From assembly GCA_045046875.1 (NCBI GenBank), contig JASFYY010000048.1, forward strand, positions 1 through 64,000: DNA of 64,000 nucleotides, given 5' to 3'. Numbering within the stretch: position 1 is the first letter of the stretch; each line of letters starts with the position of its first letter. This document shows, in pieces, positions 1-7,199 of the stretch. Both the position numbers and the translations under genes were made by a program. Below the pieces are notes generated by a model, which had not been told where the DNA came from, ran no database searches, and was given only the letters and a program-made list of their open reading frames with translations. Origin of the DNA: Verrucomicrobiota bacterium (GTDB taxonomy: Bacteria; Verrucomicrobiota; Verrucomicrobiia; Verrucomicrobiales; DEV007).

Positions 1-96
1 CGTTGTCGTCATCGTTGTCGTCATCGTTGTCGTCATCGTTGTCGTCATCGTTGTCGTCATCGTTGTCGTCATCGTTGTCGTCATCGTTGTCGTCAT
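1..96. repeat. Perfect 12-bp tandem repeat (CGTTGTCGTCAT)x8 or more, encoding DDDN on the minus strand
   Basis: Eight exact copies read directly; probably continues beyond the window edge. Confidence 0.97.
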
Positions 97-652
97 CGTC
101 GTCAGCAACATAAGTCGCGCCACGATCAATGATCCAGCCAATGTTTGGCTGCACGCCTTCACGATAAACGATTTGATCGGTTACCAGCTCACCAGTGATT
201 CCTGAATCACCTTCGGTGTCGCTGTCGTCGTCACCGTCGTCGTCATCGTCGCCGTCGTCGTCGTCGTCGTCGTCGTCGTTATCATCATCGCCGTCGTCGT
301 CGTTATCGTCGTCGTTATCGTCGTCGTTATCGTCGTCGTTATCGTCGTCGTTATCTGCAGCAAAAGCGCCTTCGTAACCTTGCTTAGCCGCCATCAGCTT
401 TACGCCTACTTCTTCTTTTTTAGCAGGTCTGCTAGGTGGCAGGGATCCAGATTGTCCAATAGTTCTTCCGAGGTTGTGTGTATCAACGAAAGAATCACCG
501 CCCACCTGATATCCACTATTGAATACAGATTTGGATGCATATAAATCGGTCACGTCTTGTCCGGGCTCAATCACCCTGGACACGGCCTGACTTGGCAAAA
601 TAGAAATAGCGAATATCGCCATTCCTACCATTAACTTTGTCGTTATTTTCAT
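1..652 (-). CDS. Secreted Asp-rich (DDDN)n repeat protein, 3'-partial (runs off the window start)
   Basis: Manual translation from ATG at 652: MKITTKLMVGMAIFAISILPSQA (Sec-like signal), about 75 aa unique, an about 45-aa D/N/G tract, TGELVTDQIVYREGVQPNIGWIIDRG, then (DDDN)n to base 1 with no stop. Absent from the ORF track because no stop falls in the window. Confidence 0.85.
   Translation of the reverse strand, partial: MKITTKLMVGMAIFAISILPSQAVSRVIEPGQDVTDLYASKSVFNSGYQVGGDSFVDTHNLGRTIGQSGSLPPSRPAKKEEVGVKLMAAKQGYEGAFAADNDDDNDDDNDDDNDDDNDDDGDDDNDDDDDDDDGDDDDDGDDDSDTEGDSGITGELVTDQIVYREGVQPNIGWIIDRGATYVADDDDDNDDDNDDDNDDDNDDDNDDDNDDDNDDDN
218..355. repeat. Asp-codon low-complexity tract including (CGTTATCGTCGT)x4.5
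   Basis: Copies at 301-354 plus degenerate TCG/TCA runs; minus strand reads DNDDDNDDD...DDGDDDSD. Confidence 0.93.
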
Positions 653-1320
653 TGTTGTTATTTTTGTCTTTCTTGGTTGTCTTCTTTTTCTTTCCGTCTC
701 GGTCAAATTCTCTCTGCGCTCCCCTCAATCATCCAAAAGAAGCTTTGTTCGTTTCGAACAAAAGCTTTCCAGGGAATAATTTTGATGTTTCACAAGGTCG
801 GGGTTCATCGTTTTTAACAAATTTTTCAATAAAGATATAAATTCTGGCCTAAAGAGCCTGTATAGCCGCCTGCCCTTCTATTTGATCGAGAATATCGATT
901 GAGTTTTTCAAGACAAGCTTTTTTTGCACTTTTTTTAAGAAAGTTTCCAATTTCACCCCTTTTTTAAGACCGTTTGGCTTTAAATCCCCATTAAAGAAGA
1001 AAGTTCCCAATTTGAACACTTGGAAAGGAGTTTGATTCATGGGGGCTTTTTCAATCACTAAAAGACAGATTATTAAGGCCTGAAATTAAATACAAGCCTT
1101 TTTTGCATTTTTTTATGTTTTTTTTGCTATATCCCCCTCAGGACTATTGTTATTGAGATGGATTACCCTGAAAATCCGGTTCCCGATGATCCATTCGGCT
1201 TGCTGCCCAGCCCCCGCCTCAAGCGATTAAAGTCACAGGATTCGTTTTTTGCTTGTATTCCAAACGACTTTCCCAACAGTCTATCCTCAACACACGCAAA
1301 AGCAGCTGCTCCATCTCTCT

Positions 1321-2478
1321 ATGAAATTTCTCAAAAACCTCTTCAAATCAAAACCAAAAATTTACTGTGATCGTAAGGCTGAATGTGCCGCCAAGGCTTT
1401 CAAACTACAAGAACTGCCCTTGAATCACGATGCCAACAAAGCTGAGATGCTATGGATCAGAAAAGGTTACCGCGCGCTGATGCCGCTGCTTGCCCCCAAC
1501 CAACTGATCAACCACTTCCCCAATGAGGGAGCTGTTATCAACAAGGGTTATCTCACCCAGACCCTGAAAGCCTATCAGGAACTCGGCGAAGACAAGGAGG
1601 TCAGCATCGACGACCTCTACCCTGAGAGTTATTGCCTCTACGAGCCGGAAGATCGCAAACGCTTTTTTGATCAACTGCCAAAAGTCGACAGCCGGGATAA
1701 TATCTGGATATACAAACCAGGCAACAACTCCCGTGGCAGAGGTATCGAAATCATGTGGCGCACCGGAAAGCTAAGAAAAAAATATGGCAATCTGAAAGAC
1801 CAATTTATTTCCAGCAAGGACGAACAGGGTATTATCCAGCGCTACATAAAAAACCCGATGCTGCTGAACGAGCGGAAATCGGAGATCCGGGTGTATTGGT
1901 TACTGGCCAGCCTGAACCCTCTCAGGGTATTACTCTTTGATGAAGGAACCGTGCGACTGAACTCCCTGCCCTACCAGCTCGATCAGTTCGACAATCAACT
2001 GATCCACGTCACCAATGTCTACCAACAATACAAACACCCTGACTTCGACCCCAGCGTGGTTCTGAAATGGTCTTTTGCCGAGCTTGACCGTTACCTTCTT
2101 GCGCAAAAAAAAGTAACGGATGAGCATTTCACCAAGAACATCTTGATGCCCAAATTGAAAAAATACCTGGCTTTTGTCGCAAAAGCCGGGCGCAAGGGAT
2201 TTAATAAAAAATACCCCGAACAAGGAGAATGTTTCGGAGTCTATGGTGCCGATGTGATCCTCGATGACCAGCTGAACCCCAACATCAGCGAAATCCAAAA
2301 AGGACCAGGGCTGAGCTTCAGCGATCCGATCAAAAAGAACATCATTCCTCCTATGTTGGGAGAAGCTGCACGGATCATGTTCGAGATCCGCGAAGCACGC
2401 ATCAATAACAAACCTTTACCCGATCTCAAAAACAGGGATCGCTATCAATGGGTCATCAATGAAGCAGCAAATTTATGA
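1321..2478 (+). CDS. Tubulin-tyrosine ligase/TTLL-like ATP-grasp ligase
   Basis: TTL-family motifs in the correct order: INHFPNEGAVINKGYL, YPESYCL, WIYKPGNNSRGRGI, IIQRYIKNPMLL, RKSEIRVY, EGTVR, HVTN, FGVYGADVILDDQLNPNISEIQKGP. ATG 1321 preferred over TTG 1249. No signal peptide seen. Confidence 0.85.
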   Translation: MKFLKNLFKSKPKIYCDRKAECAAKAFKLQELPLNHDANKAEMLWIRKGYRALMPLLAPNQLINHFPNEGAVINKGYLTQTLKAYQELGEDKEVSIDDLYPESYCLYEPEDRKRFFDQLPKVDSRDNIWIYKPGNNSRGRGIEIMWRTGKLRKKYGNLKDQFISSKDEQGIIQRYIKNPMLLNERKSEIRVYWLLASLNPLRVLLFDEGTVRLNSLPYQLDQFDNQLIHVTNVYQQYKHPDFDPSVVLKWSFAELDRYLLAQKKVTDEHFTKNILMPKLKKYLAFVAKAGRKGFNKKYPEQGECFGVYGADVILDDQLNPNISEIQKGPGLSFSDPIKKNIIPPMLGEAARIMFEIREARINNKPLPDLKNRDRYQWVINEAANL

Positions 2479-2481
2479 GTC

Positions 2482-2510
2482 TCGACAAGCTCAAACAAAA
2501 AGTGTAGCGT
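2482..2510 (+). promoter_or_regulatory. Possible sigma70-type promoter upstream of pepM
   Basis: TCGACA-N17-TAGCGT in the 83-nt gap between the TTL-like gene and pepM. Confidence 0.3.
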
Positions 2511-2561
2511 CACACCCAGCAATCTGCTAAAAGAAAACCAACCCCACTTCCAACCATACAC

Positions 2562-3467
2562 GTGAGCCAATCAACTACTTCCTCCTCATCCTCCCCCGGC
2601 GGGTTAAAAAAACTTCTACTCTCTCCGGAATTAGAGTTTTTAATGGAGGCTCACAGTGGTCTCAGTGCAAAAATCGTAGAAGAGGCTGGTTTCAAAGGCA
2701 TCTGGGCCAGCGGACTGGCCATATCGGCGACATTGGGAGTGCGCGACTGCAACGAAGCCAGTTGGACGCAGGTTCTGGATGCCGTCGAATTCATGCGGGA
2801 TGCCTCGACCCTGCCTATCTTGCTCGACGGGGACTCCGGATTCGGTGATTTTAATATTGTGCGGCGCTTGATCCTCAAATTGGAGCAGCGAGGAATAAAC
2901 GGGGTCTGTATAGAAGACAAACTCTACCCCAAAAGAAACTCCTTTATAGAATGCGATCAAACGGTTTGTGACGCAGATGCCTTCACCGGAAAAATCAAAG
3001 CCGCCAAAGACACTCAGAAAGATAATGACTTCTGTGTGGTCGCCCGTTTGGAGGGTTTTATCGTTGGCTTGCCATTTGAACAAGTCATGGAACGCGCCCA
3101 CATGTATGCTGATGCCGGGGCGGACGCCATTCTGGTACACAGCAAAAGAACCGATGCGGAACAAATCCTGGCTTTCACTGACATCTGGGATCGCCCCACG
3201 CCGCTGGTGGTGGTACCAACCACTTATAATAGCACTCCGACTGAAGTATTTGCGAAGGCCGGGGTGAGTCTGGCGATCTGGGCCAACCACAACTTGCGAA
3301 CTTCGATCACCGCGATGCAGGACACCTGCCGCCAAATATACGAAGCGCAATCTACTCTCAAGGCATCGGAAAACATCGCATCGGTGAAGGAAGTCTTTCG
3401 TTTGACCGATATGGAGGAACTGGCCGCTGCCGAGAAACATTACCTCTCAGGATCCGGCGCTGAATAA
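2562..3467 (+). CDS. pepM: Phosphoenolpyruvate mutase
   Basis: Diagnostic EDK-X5-NS motif (EDKLYPKRNS), plus EAHSGLSA, GIWASG, DGDSGFG and WANHNLR; followed by ppd. Confidence 0.97.
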   Translation: MSQSTTSSSSSPGGLKKLLLSPELEFLMEAHSGLSAKIVEEAGFKGIWASGLAISATLGVRDCNEASWTQVLDAVEFMRDASTLPILLDGDSGFGDFNIVRRLILKLEQRGINGVCIEDKLYPKRNSFIECDQTVCDADAFTGKIKAAKDTQKDNDFCVVARLEGFIVGLPFEQVMERAHMYADAGADAILVHSKRTDAEQILAFTDIWDRPTPLVVVPTTYNSTPTEVFAKAGVSLAIWANHNLRTSITAMQDTCRQIYEAQSTLKASENIASVKEVFRLTDMEELAAAEKHYLSGSGAE

Positions 3468-3494
3468 AAACCAAAACCTCTAGCTTCCCGGGCC

Positions 3495-4655
3495 ATGATC
3501 CAATCCTCGTCGTTCCTCGAGCCCATGTCTGCCCTCGGGTATTCATTTTATTCAGGTGTTCCCTGTTCATTTCTGAAGCCCTTCATCAACTCGGTCATCA
3601 ATTCGGAAAGCTTGACCTATGTCGGAGCGGCCAGTGAAGGTGAAGCCGTAGGCATCACATTGGGAGGCTATCTGGCTGGGGAAAAAACGGTGACCATGTG
3701 CCAGAATTCAGGCTTGGGAAACACGGTGAACCCACTGAGTTCTCTTAATTCTCCTTTCAAAATCCCCACCCTACTGATCACCACTTGGCGCGGCGAACCG
3801 GGGCTGCAAGATGAACCCCAGCACGAATTGATGGGACAAATCACCCACCAACTGCTCGACACCCTGCAAATCCCCTGGCTCCCTTTCCCTGATACAAAAG
3901 AAAAAATCCCGGAGGTCATCGAAGAAGCCGATGCCTACATGAATGAGCAACAACTGCCATTTGCCCTGGTTTTAAGTAAAGGAGTGGTCGAAAGCTGCCC
4001 GCTGGACCCACAAAAAAGCTGCCCTCCAGTGGACTGCCACCAACACATCCAGGCCTTTTCCCCGTCTCAAAACCAACTGACCCGCACCCAGGCGATTGAA
4101 CAAATTCTGCAACAGGGCTCGCTGACTGATGCGATCATTGCCACCACAGGGAAAACCGGACGCGAGCTGTTCACCGTCGATGATCGCGACAGCAACCTTT
4201 ACGTCGTGGGCGGCATGGGTACCGCTGCAGCGATCGGACTGGGGATCAATCTGGTACTGCCCGAGCAGCGAGTGATCGTTCTCGATGGCGATGGTGCCGC
4301 CTTGATGAAACTGGGTGCACTGGCCACCATTGGGAACCGGCAGCCCGAAAACCTGCTCCACATCATCCTCGACAACGAAGTCCATGACTCCACCGGGGGA
4401 CAGGCAACCGTTTCGCCCACCACTCAGTTTGCCGCGATTGCCGCCGCTGCAAATTATAAAAATGTCTACACCGCACAGAACCAACAGCAACTGAATGACT
4501 GTCTGGCTGACGAAAAACAACGCCAGGGTCCCAGTTTACTGCACCTCAAAATACGCCCCGGCTCGCCCGAAAAACTCGGCCGGCCGACAATCAAACCTCC
4601 CCAGGTGAAAGAGCGTTTTATGGATTTTTTAGCGTCCATGTCCACCCCTCGCTGA
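3495..4655 (+). CDS. ppd: Phosphonopyruvate decarboxylase (TPP-dependent)
   Basis: GVPCSFLK, EGEAVG, QNSGLGN, RGEPGLQDEPQH, TTGKTGRELF, DGDGAALM...DNEVHDSTGGQ; 27 nt after pepM. Confidence 0.96.
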   Translation: MIQSSSFLEPMSALGYSFYSGVPCSFLKPFINSVINSESLTYVGAASEGEAVGITLGGYLAGEKTVTMCQNSGLGNTVNPLSSLNSPFKIPTLLITTWRGEPGLQDEPQHELMGQITHQLLDTLQIPWLPFPDTKEKIPEVIEEADAYMNEQQLPFALVLSKGVVESCPLDPQKSCPPVDCHQHIQAFSPSQNQLTRTQAIEQILQQGSLTDAIIATTGKTGRELFTVDDRDSNLYVVGGMGTAAAIGLGINLVLPEQRVIVLDGDGAALMKLGALATIGNRQPENLLHIILDNEVHDSTGGQATVSPTTQFAAIAAAANYKNVYTAQNQQQLNDCLADEKQRQGPSLLHLKIRPGSPEKLGRPTIKPPQVKERFMDFLASMSTPR

Positions 4656-4656
4656 T

Positions 4657-5784
4657 ATGCCAAAGCCAGAGCGTAAATGTTTGTTCACCCCGGGGCCACT
4701 CAACACCAGTGATGCCGTGCGCCAGGCGATGTTACTGGATAAGGGCTCGCGAGAACCGGCCTTTATCCAAAGTGTAAAAAACGTCCGCCAAAACATTCTG
4801 AAAATAACGGATCTCGATCCAGACGGACTTTACACTGTCGTCCCGATGCAAGGCAGCGGAACTTTTTCCATCGAAGCCGCCATCGGCACATTCACCGCAA
4901 AAAATGCAAAACTCCTGATCCTGGTGAACGGGGCTTACGGCAGACGCATGGTGAGCATCGCCGAGCACTTGGGCATCGACGTGCAAAGCCTCGAATTTGA
5001 AGAAACCGAGGCCATTTGCCCGCTAAAAGTAGCTGCTCATCTAAAGCTCCATCCCGACATCAGCTTGGTCGCGACCGTTCATTGTGAAACCACCACCGGC
5101 ATAATGAACCCTCTCGAAAAACTAGGCGAAGTGACCGCCGCTGCGAGTGCCCTCTTCATGGTCGATGCCATGAGCAGTTTTGGCGGTATCAAAATCGATT
5201 TCAGCAAATGCCGGATTGATTGCCTGGTCTCCTCCGCCAACAAATGCCTGGAAAGTGTGCCGGGCTTGGGATTTGTCATCGCAAAAAAAACACTTTTGCA
5301 ATCAGCGCAAGGACAAGCCAGAAGCCTGAGCTTTGATCTCCACGCCCAATGGCAGGGCCTGGAAAACAACGGCCAATTCAGATTCACCCCACCCACCCAT
5401 GTCATTCTGGCTTTGGAAAAAGCACTCGAAGTTTTGACTCACGAAGGCGGCATCGAAGCTCGCTCTGAACGTTATCACAACAATCGCCGAATATTAATGT
5501 CAGGCATGACCCGTCTCGGGTTCAGACCTGTCATCGAAGACCGTTTGCAAAGCCCTGTCATCGCCACCTTTCACCACCCCAAAGACTCTCGTTTTAAATT
5601 TACGCCTTTTTATCAATGGCTGGCCGAGCGCGACTTGATCATTTATCCAGGCAAGGTGAGCCGCATCGACAGTTTCCGTATAGGAACCATTGGCGATCTG
5701 CAGTCGCAGGATTTCCATCACCTGCTGGAAAGCATCGAAGAATACCTGAAGCTCACAGGGATTGATTTGCCGTTGAAAAATTAG
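4657..5784 (+). CDS. aepZ: 2-aminoethylphosphonate aminotransferase (AepZ/PhnW family, class V PLP)
   Basis: LFTPGPLNTS, QGSGT, NGAYGRRM, HCETTTG, DAMSSFG, SSANKC, QFRFTPPTH, IYPGK; 1 nt after ppd, so the biosynthetic direction is likely. Confidence 0.93.
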   Translation: MPKPERKCLFTPGPLNTSDAVRQAMLLDKGSREPAFIQSVKNVRQNILKITDLDPDGLYTVVPMQGSGTFSIEAAIGTFTAKNAKLLILVNGAYGRRMVSIAEHLGIDVQSLEFEETEAICPLKVAAHLKLHPDISLVATVHCETTTGIMNPLEKLGEVTAAASALFMVDAMSSFGGIKIDFSKCRIDCLVSSANKCLESVPGLGFVIAKKTLLQSAQGQARSLSFDLHAQWQGLENNGQFRFTPPTHVILALEKALEVLTHEGGIEARSERYHNNRRILMSGMTRLGFRPVIEDRLQSPVIATFHHPKDSRFKFTPFYQWLAERDLIIYPGKVSRIDSFRIGTIGDLQSQDFHHLLESIEEYLKLTGIDLPLKN

Positions 5785-5876
5785 GCTGGCCAGCCAATAG
5801 TCTTTCGAAAACGACACGGTTCTGCTGAGCCCGGAAAAACAAACTGCGTCCATCCCCCTCAAATCGCAATCCAATC

Positions 5877-6464
5877 ATGGCACAAAACCCTCCAGTTAAA
5901 AAAAACTCTTCCCGCAAGCGTTGGATTCAATTTCACGCCTACCTCTCCGTTTTCTTTTTCCCCTTTGCCATTGCCTACACCCTCACCGGCGCACTCTATA
6001 TCTGGGGGGATTTGCCCACCCTCGACAAAACCAATCTGACCCTCTACGATCTGGAACCCAAATCCCCCGCGACTCTTGAGAAGGTCGAAGAGCTCATCCG
6101 GGAGCAGTGCGAAAAAAACCAATGGCCTCTTCCCTCCGGGGAAATCAGAAAAGATGGCAAGGAGTTCAAATGGGGCTCGACCAAAACCCATCAGGTCAAA
6201 TACAAAGCTTCTCGCTCCACCCAAGGCAAAGCCTATCTCACCTACCTCAAAGCCACCCTCTACGGCAGGGTGCTGAACTTTCACAAGGGCAAAGGTGGAA
6301 AATTTCTCGACGTGCTGGGCACGGCCTTCGCTCTTTTGCTGCTCGTATCCTACCTTTCAGGAGTTTACCTCGCCTTCAAATCTTCTGGACTGCGCAACAA
6401 TACGATCATCGCTTTCATTTTAGGCTTTGTGACTCTCACCCTCGCCATTTATTCAGGGTTTTAG
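5877..6464 (+). CDS. PepSY-associated TM-helix membrane protein
   Basis: WIQFHAYLSVFFFP...LTG N-terminal helix, LNFHKGK, then two more TM helices ending LSGVY. Confidence 0.6.
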   Translation: MAQNPPVKKNSSRKRWIQFHAYLSVFFFPFAIAYTLTGALYIWGDLPTLDKTNLTLYDLEPKSPATLEKVEELIREQCEKNQWPLPSGEIRKDGKEFKWGSTKTHQVKYKASRSTQGKAYLTYLKATLYGRVLNFHKGKGGKFLDVLGTAFALLLLVSYLSGVYLAFKSSGLRNNTIIAFILGFVTLTLAIYSGF

Positions 6465-6548
6465 TTTTTGCTACTCAAAAACCCCGCTGATTAAAAACGA
6501 CGCACCCTGCCCAAGCATCTCAGATTTTCTACCTACTCCAGCGGATCG

Positions 6549-6986
6549 CTATTTTTTGCTTTTTTTGCTGCCGGTATTGTCCATGAATACCTTGGCCCCG
6601 GCCAAACCCAGCACACCAATGATGATGATTTGACGGCCTCGCACCCGTTGTCCGGTTTTTGCTCCGTGAATGATCATCGCCAGGAATACCAGCGCCATCA
6701 CAATCATTCCAATTCCGATAACCGCCTTGAGTTTGTTCGTAGTCGCTTTTTTCACCTCGATCTCATTCTGCTCTTCCACACGATCAAAGATCAAGACATA
6801 ATCTGCCGAAAATGTTCCTTCCGTGCCAAGCTTGCGAATGTCCTGCTCCTGGGTAATCTCACCCGTTCCGACCAAGCCCTCTATTTCTTCAAAAGTATAA
6901 GGCCCCTTATCCGGACGGATCACTGCATCGTCGTCATTTTCATCTTCATATTCATCTTCGTCGTAAACGATTTCGTAAATTTTCAT
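6549..6986 (-). CDS. Membrane protein with GYF_2 (DUF4339)-like domain and acidic N-terminus
   Basis: GPYTFEEIEGLVGTGEIT motif, two C-terminal TM segments, N-terminal YDEDEYEDENDDD. Confidence 0.6.
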   Translation of the reverse strand: MKIYEIVYDEDEYEDENDDDAVIRPDKGPYTFEEIEGLVGTGEITQEQDIRKLGTEGTFSADYVLIFDRVEEQNEIEVKKATTNKLKAVIGIGMIVMALVFLAMIIHGAKTGQRVRGRQIIIIGVLGLAGAKVFMDNTGSKKSKK

Positions 6987-7199
6987 GAGCCCGGAGTTTC
7001 AAGTGTCCCCAGAATCAGTCATAACCAAACTCTATTCATTCGTCAACCACATTGAATACGGAATCCAGATCATCCAACCTTCAAGACGACAAGCCATACC
7101 CCCAGCCATACGCTCAAGTATGAAAAACCACCGTATGAAAAACCGCCTCCCCCGGAAGCAACATGCCCTGATCAATCTTTTTATGCTGTAAATGAAAAA

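Noticed and set aside
1..355. Tandem repeats as a CRISPR array
   Set aside because: 12-bp head-to-tail units with no spacers, inside a coding frame; no cas genes.
181..377. Poly-Thr (181..363 -) and poly-Ser (195..377 +) ORFs in the track
   Set aside because: Alternative frames of the Asp-codon repeat. The Asp frame has a signal peptide and a motif conserved in a second gene.
637..1370. Short ORFs in the AT-rich region between the Asp-rich gene and the ligase
   Set aside because: Mostly non-ATG starts or low-complexity sequence; no support as precursor peptides, though small peptides cannot be excluded.
4657..5784. Catabolic phnW (AEP degradation)
   Set aside because: Coupled to pepM-ppd with no phnX, phnY/phnA or transporter, so the biosynthetic role is favoured.
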